A DNA stretch of 64,000 bases from Thermoplasmatales archaeon (lineage in GTDB: Archaea; Thermoplasmatota; Thermoplasmata; Thermoplasmatales; Thermoplasmataceae): positions 32,001 through 96,000 of the forward strand of contig DAIDBH010000019.1 in assembly GCA_027310185.1 (NCBI GenBank), read 5' to 3'. The translations under genes were made by a program, and so were the position numbers. Under the pieces are notes generated by a model. It saw only the letters and a program-made list of their open reading frames with translations, was not told the DNA's origin and searched no databases. How positions within the stretch are numbered: the stretch's first letter is position 1; each line of letters begins with the position of its first letter. Positions 41,198-51,818 of the stretch are shown in pieces.

Positions 41198-42216
41198 ACG
41201 TAAAAATGAGTTATGAAAATATTTATAAATTATACGGAAAGAAGAGAGTATTAAATAAACTGAATCTGGAAATATATGATGGTGAGTTTCTCGTAATACT
41301 TGGGCCCTCAGGAATGGGTAAGAGTACTTTATTGAGGACAACAGTGGGAATTGAGGACTTGACGGCTGGAAAGATAATTCTTGACGGTCAGGATATAAGT
41401 AAGTTGCCTCCCAATAAGAGAAATATCGCAATGGTGTTTCAGAACTATGCTCTTTATCCGAATATGACTGTTTATCAGAATATACAGTTTCCATTGAAAA
41501 TGGCAAAATATGAAAAGAGCAAAATAAAAGGTAAGATAGAATCTATAGCTGAAACGCTGAAGATTGGTGATGTTCTTCAAAGAAACATAAATCAGTTGAG
41601 TGGGGGTCAAAAGCAGAGGGTTGCTCTAGCCAGAGCACTTGTCAGGGATCCGAAGATTTTTCTTCTCGATGAACCCTTAAGCAATCTTGATGCAAGAGTG
41701 AGGTACACTGCAAGGGCTGAACTCAAGAAGATCCAAAAGGAACTCGGCCACACCTTTGTTTATGTGACACATGATCAAACAGAAGCTTCTACTCTATCTG
41801 ATAGGGTAGCTGTACTGAGAGACGGGAAAATAGAGCAGATAGGAGTTTTTGATGAGATATTGAATGAGCCAAAAAGCAAATGGCTTGGTGACTTTGTTGG
41901 AGAATATCCAATGAACTTCATTAACGGGGAAAGTTTCAACAACCCGGGCAAGATAATAGGATTCAGGGATCACTGGATAAGTGAGGGAAAAGATATTACT
42001 GGAACAGTTGAATGGTGTAACCAGGAAGAAGACAGTTTTCACGTGAGCTGTAGGTTTGATGATCGAAACCTGGAAAATGACTCAGACGATGAGGGCACAC
42101 ATCCCATAATATTGAAAACAAGCAAGAGATATGAGTTAGGGTCAAAGATCAGCTTCAGCCTTAAAAGATATAATATTTACAATGAAGATGGGTCTCTGTA
42201 TCAAGTAGTTAAGTAA
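41194..42216 (+). CDS. Carbohydrate ABC transporter ATP-binding protein (MalK-like)
   Basis: GPSGMGKST, VFQNYALYP, LSGGQKQR, LLDEP and VTHDQ motifs. Confidence 0.95.
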   Translation: MNVKMSYENIYKLYGKKRVLNKLNLEIYDGEFLVILGPSGMGKSTLLRTTVGIEDLTAGKIILDGQDISKLPPNKRNIAMVFQNYALYPNMTVYQNIQFPLKMAKYEKSKIKGKIESIAETLKIGDVLQRNINQLSGGQKQRVALARALVRDPKIFLLDEPLSNLDARVRYTARAELKKIQKELGHTFVYVTHDQTEASTLSDRVAVLRDGKIEQIGVFDEILNEPKSKWLGDFVGEYPMNFINGESFNNPGKIIGFRDHWISEGKDITGTVEWCNQEEDSFHVSCRFDDRNLENDSDDEGTHPIILKTSKRYELGSKISFSLKRYNIYNEDGSLYQVVK

Positions 42217-42417
42217 GTAAAATTTAACTTATATTTTTAAATCTAGATAGGTATCTAATAAGACAACTATATTCTTACTGACTAGCATGACAGCTTCATT
42301 TATCATAGGGTTAGTCAGATGAACTTTATTCATTTCATATGGATCTTCACACTTTTCCTGAAGAGTTCCCGGAATCATTTCTATTAAAAAGTAAAAAAAA
42401 TTTGGTTATTTAAAAAT

Positions 42418-43830
42418 TTATTGCCCTTCTATTGGGGCATATGTTCCGTTTTCATACTGGTCTGCAACGTTCTGGTTATAGTTTGTCTGCAGGAAGTTAT
42501 AGAGTGCGCTGTTCTGGCTTGCAAGTATTGATGGTATGTCAGTATATGTTGCATGGTCAACGACTATCTGTGTCCACGCTTTGTCCATAAGGGTTTGCCA
42601 CTCTCCTATCCAGGAAACTGGTGACCTGAGGAAAACTCCCCCATTTATTGCTGCGAGTGATTCATTTGTTACTGTATCCGTAGAATTATAGGATTTCATC
42701 CCAAGCTTTGTAAGATTGACAGATCCTGGCCACTGGTAGTACATCATTGAATAGGAGTTAGAAGCGAGTCCTGTGTAAGTTGCCCAGTAAGATGTCTTGT
42801 AATCTGGTGAGAAATATGCACTCAGGTTGTATATGTATTCCATTGCATGGATATCTCCAGTATCATTGAACATCATCGGGTTTCCACCAAACTGAACCAT
42901 CCACTGGTAAAGTTCTGTAGGTGTGCTTGCTCCTCCGTGTCCCTGCATGTTTATCTCACCGACTCCGTAGTGTTTGAAAAGTGTCTTTGCATCGGAATAA
43001 AGCTGAGTATATGTTGTTGGAACCTTTGATATTCCAGCGCCCTGAAGTGCCGTATAATCTACCCATACCAACGGTATATTAACAAGCTGTGTCAGGAAGT
43101 ATACTCCACCAAATTCATTTACTTCATAGTTGTTCAGACTTGATATTGAACTTATGACACCCTCTCCTGCCGTAATCTTTGCTGCATTGAGTGATGCCAG
43201 GTAGCCATCGTAAAACAGAACCCCAACATCTAGATTGTCAATTGTCATCACAACATTTGCATGAGAATTACCGGTTACCAGAGATGAAATTTCCTCGACC
43301 ATGGATGCAGCAGTTATGAAACTGACGCTGACATCAATGTTCGGATATGCTTTTTCGAAATTGCTTATCACTCCAGTTACGTATGATTCATCAGCGGTAC
43401 TTATGCTGGTGTAGTATGTGACGTCTACGGTCTTGTTAGTTGCACTGTATATGGTTGGCACTGATGTGCTTGGTGAGGATGTGTAGGCTCCCTGGTCAAC
43501 AGGTATAAATCCTGTATGGGCTTCACAGGCCTTCTGGATTGCTGGGTTCATTAGATAAGCCATTAGCTGAGCTGAAGCGGCAGGTGTTGATCCACCTTTC
43601 ATTTCAGCTATCACACAACCTCCAAGCAGATGTTCAGAGTTAACTGGACCACTAACACCTGTATACACATATAGCACATTATTGGATGTCGTTGGAGTAG
43701 GTGTTGTCTTGACCAGATTTTTATAATCAAGGCCAACAAACGATCCTACAAGAACGATGACCACAACAATTGCTATTATGGCTATCACCATGTTACTTTT
43801 TTTTTCTTTTGGTTCTATCGGATTATCCAT
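42418..43830 (-). CDS. Carbohydrate ABC substrate-binding protein, membrane-anchored, with rearranged segment order
   Basis: N-terminal TM plus Thr/Pro linker, FEKAYPNIDV, PTTYTQL and QWMVQFGG motifs. Confidence 0.88.
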   Translation of the reverse strand: MDNPIEPKEKKSNMVIAIIAIVVVIVLVGSFVGLDYKNLVKTTPTPTTSNNVLYVYTGVSGPVNSEHLLGGCVIAEMKGGSTPAASAQLMAYLMNPAIQKACEAHTGFIPVDQGAYTSSPSTSVPTIYSATNKTVDVTYYTSISTADESYVTGVISNFEKAYPNIDVSVSFITAASMVEEISSLVTGNSHANVVMTIDNLDVGVLFYDGYLASLNAAKITAGEGVISSISSLNNYEVNEFGGVYFLTQLVNIPLVWVDYTALQGAGISKVPTTYTQLYSDAKTLFKHYGVGEINMQGHGGASTPTELYQWMVQFGGNPMMFNDTGDIHAMEYIYNLSAYFSPDYKTSYWATYTGLASNSYSMMYYQWPGSVNLTKLGMKSYNSTDTVTNESLAAINGGVFLRSPVSWIGEWQTLMDKAWTQIVVDHATYTDIPSILASQNSALYNFLQTNYNQNVADQYENGTYAPIEGQ

Positions 43831-43933
43831 TTTTAATCTTCACTACATCTAAATCATTTTATATAAATTTAAAAAACAGTTAAATACTATAATAAACTAA
43901 TAAAAAGTATACATATTTATCTATATTATTAAT

Positions 43934-45796
43934 TCAATATAAAGTAAACTTCAATTCGTGTTCGATTTTCCCATAATTTTTAGAAACCCTGTTCAACCTT
44001 ACGGCTGCCCTGACCATACCAAGATGACTCAGCGCCTGTGGAAAATTACCAAGAAGTTCACCACTGCTCAGATCAATTTCTTCAGACATAAGACCAAGGT
44101 GGTTTGAATGTGAAATAATCTTGTCCAGTACCTCTCTGGCCTTTTTCACTTTGCCTGTAACAATCAAATCCTCAACATACCAGAATGATAAGAGAACAAA
44201 TGCATTATCATCAGATACAAAATTATCCTTGTCATTATACCTTTTAAAAAGGTATCCGTCTACCATGAGGTCACTTTCTATCTTCTTTATTGTCCCCAGA
44301 ATATAGGGGTGATCTGGTGGTAAGAATCCAAGGAGTGGCATCCTTAGAAGGGATGCATCAGTGCTTTCTGATCCATAAAACTGCATGAATGAATTATGCT
44401 TTGAGCTGTATGCATTTTCCATGACATCCTTCTTTATTAGATCAGCCTGAATTTTCCAGTCTGAGATAGGAGCTGAAAGTTCCAATTTCTTAGACATCTC
44501 AATACCTCTTTGAAATGCTGACCATGCAATAACTTTTGAATACGTATAATTCAACGGTTCTGATCTGAATTCCCATATACTTGAATCTCCATATTTCCAT
44601 ATCTCGGTTAACTTGGAAAGTATATTCCTTACAAAATCCCATAGATATGTATTAATTGTTCCTTCATTTTTAGAGACGTGATATATTGCATTGATGAGGC
44701 TTCCATATTCATCGATCTGTAGCTGGTTTGCAGCCAGATTCCCTACCCTGACAGGAGATGATTTCATATAACCTTCATAATTGATGAGTTTTTCCTCAAG
44801 ATTCTGGTATTCATTTATTGTGTAAATTGTCTTGAGGTGCCCTTCCATCTTTACCCTTTCCATTACATCATATAGAAATTTTACCGATTCGTTCTTGTAG
44901 CCTAGCATTGAAAGGGACTCTATCACATATGCCACATCCCGTACCCAGCAAAATCTGTAGTCATAATTTCTATCACCACCAATAGCCTCTGGCAGACTGG
45001 TAGTTGGTGCGGCGACCATCAATCCAGTGGGTTCATATATCAGTCCCTTAAGAACAAGGGCTGATCTTACCACCTCGTGGTTATATATAAGTGGAAAATT
45101 TCCATCCGAAACCCATTCTTTCTGGAATTTTGCCGTTTCCTCCATTAAGTCAAACGATTTAAAATCATTTGTCTTTTGTACGTGCTGCATGCCATAGAAT
45201 ACAATGATCCATCCACCTCCATTTTTATCTGTTTTGAAATTTGCCGCAATCTTGCTACCAGATACCTTGAAATTAAAGTCAGAGGATACGCCTACATATT
45301 CATCCTTATATTTGAATATATACCCATTTTTGTGTCTTATAACTTCTTCCGGTAAATTACCGAAGTGGAACGAGAGTCTTATTTCCGATCGAATCTCAAC
45401 ACCTTCCACCGGAGTTTCAACGTATCTGTGGATCTCAGGGAAATTAATCGTGCTATATTTTGAGGTTGGAATGAAATCTGTGACTCTTAATATTACCTGA
45501 TTTTTTTTCTTGAACTCGGTCACAAGTATGTTTGTATTGTCTATGTAATACTGGCTGCATGTCACATCTTCGAGATCAACTGGCTGAATAGAAAAACTTC
45601 CTCCCTTATTTCTGTCCAGTATTGAATCAAATATGGGGTCAGAGTTGAAATTAGGAAGGCATGCCCAGTCAATGGTGCCATTCATTCCCACCAAAGCAGA
45701 AGTCCTGTTGCTTGCGATGATTCCATGATGTGCAATCTTCAAGTATTCTTCTGCATTGAGCTCAGAAAGTAGTATGGACTTCCGTGATGACATCAA
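43934..45796 (-). CDS. GH15 glycoside hydrolase (trehalase/glucoamylase)
   Basis: AAPTTSLPE, NYDYRFCWVRD, SIWEFR and LMSEE...GNFPQALSH motifs. Confidence 0.93.
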   Translation of the reverse strand: MMSSRKSILLSELNAEEYLKIAHHGIIASNRTSALVGMNGTIDWACLPNFNSDPIFDSILDRNKGGSFSIQPVDLEDVTCSQYYIDNTNILVTEFKKKNQVILRVTDFIPTSKYSTINFPEIHRYVETPVEGVEIRSEIRLSFHFGNLPEEVIRHKNGYIFKYKDEYVGVSSDFNFKVSGSKIAANFKTDKNGGGWIIVFYGMQHVQKTNDFKSFDLMEETAKFQKEWVSDGNFPLIYNHEVVRSALVLKGLIYEPTGLMVAAPTTSLPEAIGGDRNYDYRFCWVRDVAYVIESLSMLGYKNESVKFLYDVMERVKMEGHLKTIYTINEYQNLEEKLINYEGYMKSSPVRVGNLAANQLQIDEYGSLINAIYHVSKNEGTINTYLWDFVRNILSKLTEIWKYGDSSIWEFRSEPLNYTYSKVIAWSAFQRGIEMSKKLELSAPISDWKIQADLIKKDVMENAYSSKHNSFMQFYGSESTDASLLRMPLLGFLPPDHPYILGTIKKIESDLMVDGYLFKRYNDKDNFVSDDNAFVLLSFWYVEDLIVTGKVKKAREVLDKIISHSNHLGLMSEEIDLSSGELLGNFPQALSHLGMVRAAVRLNRVSKNYGKIEHELKFTLY

Positions 45797-46001
45797 TCCT
45801 CAATACAATAAATTATAAATTTTTTGTTTTAGGGTTCAACATTTTATCACCTATATAACCGCATTAACAGATCAAAGAGTTCTGTATTAATTCCAACGGC
45901 TTGAGAAGGGACATATTCTGCATTTAACCGTATTGTGTAACAATTACTACCAAATTGTTGATTTAAATTACTTGATACTCTAAAACTAACTGTGCATTTC
46001 T

Positions 46002-47573
46002 TTAATTTTCTATCTCGTTCTTTTTTAATTCATCTAATTTTTCCTCCTCTACGAGGTTTACAGACCTTCCTGCTCTTGCTGCAACTTCCGGCTTTAATTT
46101 TACAGTCCTCATGGCATAATAAACTGCGAATATGAGGTAACCAATTGCACCTATGACGGCCTCAGTTATAGGGAAGACAGGTGGAACTATAGATTCAAAA
46201 AGTACCCATATAAATATACCTGTGGCTATTATTGGTAATACATAATGTTCCGTAATGTGTACAACGATGTAGATTCCATGATGTTTCTCTTTCAACCTTA
46301 CAAATAAAGTCATAACACTGGTATTCAACAGTATATGGGTAATGATCAATCCAAATAATGCAAGCGTAGTAAGAAAATCAAAACTGTTTCCCAGTGATGA
46401 AGACACGATTTCACTCGATGATAGGTTAAAGAGAATAGATGTGAAAGAATGCCCCATCATACCATTGATGAGCATGGTACCACCAATAGCCAGAATAGAT
46501 GCCATTGTGCCGATAAACATCAAAGCCTTGTGGGGTGTAACATACTTCTCATGCAATTCTGCAAAGTAGTGTGGTAGAACGCCATCACGGCCCATTGCAA
46601 AATAAACCCTGCCTGCATTGGATTGCATTGCCACAGAATCTGAAAAAGCAGAATTAAACGCAACGAGCGATAACATAACTCCTCCTGCAACTCCTGTATA
46701 GGCAGTTGCAACTATTATACCGGGAATGTTGGCCTGTGCAAAGGACGACATCAGTGAAACTCCCCAGCCCACTGTTAAGGCGTATGCAACTTCCGTTAGT
46801 ACAACACCAACTATAACAAGACCAAAAACCAGGCTCTTTGTTATAACCCTACTGCTCATCGCCTCCTCTCCGAGTGGAGCAGAACCTCCATATCCAATGA
46901 AACTTGTCAACCCGAATATCATTCCGAGTCCGAGTCCACTCAGAGGACCACCAACTTTATTGAAAATCTGGGATTTTGTGAACGGATCGAAAACCGCCAG
47001 TGTATTGTCCTTTGCTTCAACTATTATTATTGCTGAAAGAACACCAAGAAATATTACCTCGAAGAAAGCAGCTATCCTTACATATTTCATCTGGGGTCTT
47101 ATGCCAAAAATAGAGAGGGCTATGGGGGCAAGTATGAATATGAGAATCAGTGGAATCCATATCCAGCCAGGAAGTGAAATGCCAAGGAAATAGGAAAGAA
47201 CGCCTGGAAGCACAACTCCACCTACATAAACCGGTATTGCTGCCGTACTGGCTATCTGGTACATCACGTACAGCAACCCACTCGTAATAGCAGGGGTTGG
47301 CCCAAAGGCGGTTCCAATGTATCCATAATAACCCCCTGCACTTGCATGTCTCTTTGACAGGTGATAAAGAGTGTTAACTTCAAGAAACATTGTCAGGGTT
47401 GCGATAAGGAATGCCAGTGGTGTGAGAAAGAAGGCAAATGCAGCAGCTGATGTTATAAATGCAACCGTGTCACATGCCGGAGCCATCGCAGCTATTTCCT
47501 CAGCTATTGCACCCCAGACACCAACCTGTCTTTTCATTAGCCTATTTGCCTGTTTTCCAGTATCCATATACAA
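46002..47573 (-). CDS. APC-family amino acid permease
   Basis: SAGGYYGY, GYG...LGEE and RVYFAMGRDG motifs, about 12 TM helices. Confidence 0.9.
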   Translation of the reverse strand: MYMDTGKQANRLMKRQVGVWGAIAEEIAAMAPACDTVAFITSAAAFAFFLTPLAFLIATLTMFLEVNTLYHLSKRHASAGGYYGYIGTAFGPTPAITSGLLYVMYQIASTAAIPVYVGGVVLPGVLSYFLGISLPGWIWIPLILIFILAPIALSIFGIRPQMKYVRIAAFFEVIFLGVLSAIIIVEAKDNTLAVFDPFTKSQIFNKVGGPLSGLGLGMIFGLTSFIGYGGSAPLGEEAMSSRVITKSLVFGLVIVGVVLTEVAYALTVGWGVSLMSSFAQANIPGIIVATAYTGVAGGVMLSLVAFNSAFSDSVAMQSNAGRVYFAMGRDGVLPHYFAELHEKYVTPHKALMFIGTMASILAIGGTMLINGMMGHSFTSILFNLSSSEIVSSSLGNSFDFLTTLALFGLIITHILLNTSVMTLFVRLKEKHHGIYIVVHITEHYVLPIIATGIFIWVLFESIVPPVFPITEAVIGAIGYLIFAVYYAMRTVKLKPEVAARAGRSVNLVEEEKLDELKKNEIEN

Positions 47574-47646
47574 TCACATTAGTTCTTGATTAATTTCATT
47601 AGCATAGTACTAAACTATTTAATTCTTTCTAAATATATTATTTGCC

Positions 47647-48063
47647 TTAGTCATGTATTTGTTCAATCGCCCTTCCGTGTGGACATCTTTCTGGCTTCCC
47701 GAGTTTCAGAAACATTGTATCTATGGAATCGTGGTCCACGAGATAGTCTATCTGTTCGGAGAGTAAGCATGCCCTATCGATATCCATTCCGTATGTGACC
47801 ATTAAGGTCTCCAGTATCCTGTGATTTTCCTCAATTTCATGATAAAATGAGTCTCCTTTATGCGTTAGATGAATCATGCCTTTAAGGTGTGTTATCAGTT
47901 TCTTTCCTTCAAGTCTTTTAACAAGATTCAGTGCAGTTGGTGGCTTAACCTTCAGCATATCCGACAGATCAATAAGCCTCATTGGAAACTCATCTTTACT
48001 GTGATCTCCGATTACTATCAGGCAATCTCTCTCTTTTTTTGTGAGCAGTTTAAGATCATTCAT
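47647..48063 (-). CDS. DtxR/MntR-family metal-dependent regulator
   Basis: wHTH VKPPTA, HRILE and CPHG motifs. Confidence 0.9.
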   Translation of the reverse strand: MNDLKLLTKKERDCLIVIGDHSKDEFPMRLIDLSDMLKVKPPTALNLVKRLEGKKLITHLKGMIHLTHKGDSFYHEIEENHRILETLMVTYGMDIDRACLLSEQIDYLVDHDSIDTMFLKLGKPERCPHGRAIEQIHD

Positions 48064-48140
48064 TTAGTATATACCTAATCAAATTTGCATTATAATATTT
48101 TTCCTCCGGAACTGACGAAAGTTTTTATTAAAACTTCAGA

Positions 48141-48965
48141 TTGGTGTATATGGAAGCTGACGTTTTTATTTCAGTTGACGAGATGAAAAATATCCTTCAT
48201 AAGGCTGTTATCCTGGATTGCAGGTACAGACTTACCGAGCCTGACTTTGGATATAACGAGTTCTTGAAGTCTCATATTCCTGGATCATTCTTTATGGACC
48301 TGAATGGTCACCTTGCTTCTGAAGTTAAATTGACTGGTGGTAGACATCCTCTTCCAGACATTGATAAGCTAAAGGAGAGGCTTGAGGAAATTGGCATATC
48401 AAACAGCAGCACGGTTTTGTGCTACGACGATAATTTATCTGGAGCTGGCAGATGCTTGTTTCTATTAAGATATATGGGGATAAAGAAAGTAAGAGTTCTT
48501 AACGGTGGATTCAGGGAATGGGAGACCTTAGGATTGCCTGTAGAAACCGGTCCAGAAAGAAAGGTTATAAGGGGTCATATTAAAACTGAATTAAACTCAG
48601 ATATGATTGTGACTCATGAAGATATATTGAACCAGCAGGGCAAACATAGAATAATTGATGCGAGAGAGTCATATAGATACGAAGGAAGGAAGGAACCAAT
48701 CGATAGAATAGCAGGCAGGATTCCCGGTGCTGTAAATATACCATATACTGAACTGATGAATGGTGCAAAGATAAAGGAAAGAGATGAGTTGAGGCAATTT
48801 TTCAGGAATGTTAAAGATGGTGACATACTCTATTGCGGCTCCGGAGTAACATCATGTGTAAATTTTCTGGCGATGGAATATATAGGGATAAAACCCAAAC
48901 TGTATGTTGGAAGCTACAGCGATTGGATCAGCAGGAACCTTGATGTAGAGACAGATGTGGAATGA
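48141..48965 (+). CDS. Tandem-rhodanese sulfurtransferase, SseA-like (likely start ATG 48150)
   Basis: HIPGS, GRHPLP, GRIPGA, active site CGSGVTSC and YVGSYSDW. Confidence 0.92.
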   Translation: MVYMEADVFISVDEMKNILHKAVILDCRYRLTEPDFGYNEFLKSHIPGSFFMDLNGHLASEVKLTGGRHPLPDIDKLKERLEEIGISNSSTVLCYDDNLSGAGRCLFLLRYMGIKKVRVLNGGFREWETLGLPVETGPERKVIRGHIKTELNSDMIVTHEDILNQQGKHRIIDARESYRYEGRKEPIDRIAGRIPGAVNIPYTELMNGAKIKERDELRQFFRNVKDGDILYCGSGVTSCVNFLAMEYIGIKPKLYVGSYSDWISRNLDVETDVE

Positions 48966-49048
48966 GCGAACAAACTATATTTTTGAATATGTCTTATTAA
49001 ATATTGCAAAGCATATTAACAAAATTGCAATATTGACACTCGATAATA

Positions 49049-50215
49049 ATGAAAGACATTTATATTATATCTGCAAGGAGAACGCCACATGGAAAATTTG
49101 GAAAATCTCTTTCAGGTATCAGTGCAACTAAACTCGGGGGGATCGCGATAAGAGGTGCGCTCGAATCATCCGAAATCAGTCAGGAGTTGATAGAAGAAGT
49201 GATCTTTGGAAATGTCATCCAGGCAGGAAACGGTCAAAATCCTGCAGGTCAGTGTAGCACATATGGCGGAATAAGATCAGAAGTTACTAAGAACACCGTC
49301 AATGTTGTATGTGCCTCAGGCATGCTGGCAATTGAAAATGGATTCAGGGAGATAGCTCTTGGAGAAAGGGATATAGTCGTTGCAGGTGGTACAGAGAGCA
49401 TGAGCAGGGGACCGTACTTGCTTTCAAGTAATTTCAGGTACGGTGTAAAAAACATGTTTTCCAGCAGGGAAAGTCTCACAGATGCAATGTACAATGATGG
49501 CCTCATGGATGCATTTTACCTGAATTCCATGGGGTTTTACGCTGATAAAACTTCGGCCAAATATAAGCAAACCAGGACTGCGGTTGATCAATATGCATTG
49601 CAGAGTTATGAAAGAGCGATGAAAGCCACAAATATGGGATACTTCAAAGATGAAATTATTCCCATGGAGGAACTGAAAGTTGACGAGGGAATAAGAGCTA
49701 CAAGCATGGAAACTCTCTCAAAGCTAAGGCCTTCATTCAATGAAGACGGCATTCATACAGCTGGTAATTCTTCGCAGATTTCGGACGGTTCTTCAGCCCT
49801 GGTTTTAGCTTCAGAAAAGGCAGTTGAACAGTATGACCTCAAGCCCATAGGCAAGATCAATGGATTCTGGTCATCAAGTATGGACCCGAGGGATTTTATC
49901 GAGGCACCAATAAAATCAACAAGGGAAATGCTCCAGCGATATAACTGGAAGATAGATGATTTCGATCTTGTAGAACATAATGAGGCATTTTCAGGAGGTT
50001 GCATCCTGCTGAGAGACCAGCTAGGTATAGACAACGAGAGATTCAACGTAAATGGAGGAGCAATTGCTTTTGGCCATCCACTTGGGAGCAGTGGTTCCAG
50101 AATTGTGGTTACATTACTTCATGCCTTACGGCATAGAAAGTTGCAGAAAGGTATTGCAACCCTATGTCATGGCGGTGGTGGTGGGCATTCAATGGCTATC
50201 GAGGTGATCAATTGA
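49049..50215 (+). CDS. Acetyl-CoA C-acyltransferase (thiolase)
   Basis: VCASG, NEAF, GHPLGSSG and LCHGGG motifs. Confidence 0.95.
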   Translation: MKDIYIISARRTPHGKFGKSLSGISATKLGGIAIRGALESSEISQELIEEVIFGNVIQAGNGQNPAGQCSTYGGIRSEVTKNTVNVVCASGMLAIENGFREIALGERDIVVAGGTESMSRGPYLLSSNFRYGVKNMFSSRESLTDAMYNDGLMDAFYLNSMGFYADKTSAKYKQTRTAVDQYALQSYERAMKATNMGYFKDEIIPMEELKVDEGIRATSMETLSKLRPSFNEDGIHTAGNSSQISDGSSALVLASEKAVEQYDLKPIGKINGFWSSSMDPRDFIEAPIKSTREMLQRYNWKIDDFDLVEHNEAFSGGCILLRDQLGIDNERFNVNGGAIAFGHPLGSSGSRIVVTLLHALRHRKLQKGIATLCHGGGGGHSMAIEVIN

Positions 50216-51060
50216 AAGTCTCGGTTGTGGGTTCTGGCACCATGGGCAGGGGAATAGGACAGGTTTTTGCGCAGAATGGCTACAGCGTAGTTCAGGTTGA
50301 TGTCAACAAGCAGGCTCTGGACATTGCAAGGGATGCCATAATTGATTCACTGGGTAGGCTTGAAAGGAAAGGGTCACTCAAAGACACACCCGATCAGGTA
50401 ATCGGAAGAATGACTTTCTCAGACAGCATGGAGTCCATAAAAGAAAGCGATATAGTCATTGAAGCCGTGTTTGAAAGGGTGGACGTAAAAACTGAGACAC
50501 TGAAGCGAATTTCAGATACAGTCAGTAAGGAAACCATCATAGGTTCAAACACCTCATCCATATCCATCAATCTGCTTTCGGCATACATTGAGCGCCCTGC
50601 AAGGTTCATGGGTATCCATTTCTTCAATCCAGTGCCCGTCATGAAATTGGTTGAACTTGTGTCAGGTGAAAACACATCATCGGAATTAGTGAAAAAAGTA
50701 TCTGAATTGCTGGTTTCAATTGGGAAGGAACCGGTCAATGTCAGGGATTTTCCTGGCTTTGTTTCTAACAGGGTATTGATGCCATTGATCAGGGAAGCAA
50801 TACTTGCACTTGAAGAGTCGGTAGCAAGTGCTTCAGACATAGACAAGACGTTCAGATTAGGAATGAATCATCCGATGGGACCCCTGGAACTTGCTGACTT
50901 CATAGGTCTGGATGTATGCCAGGATATTATGGAAGTACTTTACACCAATTACGGAGATCCGAGGTTCAAGCCTCCAATCACGCTGAGAAACCTGGTAAAT
51001 TCCAGGAAGCTTGGCCGTAAGACCGGAGAAGGGTTTTATAAATATGAGGTGAAGAGATGA
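50212..51060 (+). CDS. 3-hydroxyacyl-CoA dehydrogenase (TTG 50212 after GAGGTGA; ORF from 50164)
   Basis: GSGTMG, SNTSS, HFFNP and HPMGP motifs. Confidence 0.94.
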   Translation: MKVSVVGSGTMGRGIGQVFAQNGYSVVQVDVNKQALDIARDAIIDSLGRLERKGSLKDTPDQVIGRMTFSDSMESIKESDIVIEAVFERVDVKTETLKRISDTVSKETIIGSNTSSISINLLSAYIERPARFMGIHFFNPVPVMKLVELVSGENTSSELVKKVSELLVSIGKEPVNVRDFPGFVSNRVLMPLIREAILALEESVASASDIDKTFRLGMNHPMGPLELADFIGLDVCQDIMEVLYTNYGDPRFKPPITLRNLVNSRKLGRKTGEGFYKYEVKR

Positions 51061-51818
51061 AAAATATATTGGTTGAAAAAGAAGGAAGATTGCTAAAAAT
51101 ATTCATAAATAGGGAAAAGAAGTTGAATCCCCTTGACATTGAAACAATAGAGGAGATTGGTGAAGCTCTGAAAGAAGAGAGGCAGATTGGAATCATATCT
51201 GGAATGAACAGGGCATTCAGTGCAGGTGCAGATATTAATGTGTTCTTGAACCTTGATCCCGTAACAGCATATGACTTTTCAAAACGCGGTCATCAGGTCA
51301 TGGATTTCATAGAGGAGAGGCAGATGCCGGTAATTGCAGCAATTCATGGTTTCGCTCTGGGAGGAGGTTTTGAGCTTGCACTTGCATGCGATATACGAAT
51401 TGCCCATCCTGATACCTATTTTGGTCTACCAGAGGTTACGCTTGGAATAATACCGGGATTTGGTGGAACTCAGAGACTTAGAAACCTTGTGGGAAACAGC
51501 AGGGCATTTGAACTTGCATCGCTCGGGACTAGGATTGATTCAAGCAGGGCACTCAGCATGGGCATTATCAGCGAAATAAATGATAAATACCTGGAAAGGG
51601 CTGTTGAACTTGGAAAGCAGTATGAAGCACTGCCGTTTGAGTCACTGGCATATATAAAAGAACTTACACGGGGCAGGAAAATGGATCTCTTTGATCGAGA
51701 AAAAGAGTATTTTGGAAATATGTTCAGGACAGAGAATCAAAAAGAGGGGGCCGCCGCATTTGTGGAAAAAAGAAAGGCAAATTTCAATACAAAAATAAAC
51801 AATAGCTTATTTGACTAA
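51057..51818 (+). CDS. Enoyl-CoA hydratase/isomerase
   Basis: FSAGADI, ALGGGFELALACD and PE...PGFGGTQRL motifs. Confidence 0.93.
   Translation: MKNILVEKEGRLLKIFINREKKLNPLDIETIEEIGEALKEERQIGIISGMNRAFSAGADINVFLNLDPVTAYDFSKRGHQVMDFIEERQMPVIAAIHGFALGGGFELALACDIRIAHPDTYFGLPEVTLGIIPGFGGTQRLRNLVGNSRAFELASLGTRIDSSRALSMGIISEINDKYLERAVELGKQYEALPFESLAYIKELTRGRKMDLFDREKEYFGNMFRTENQKEGAAAFVEKRKANFNTKINNSLFD

Noticed and set aside
42278-42318. Imperfect hairpin CTGACTAGC...GTTAGTCAG between convergent genes
   Set aside because: Short stem that could arise by chance. Archaeal termination is mainly at U-tracts.
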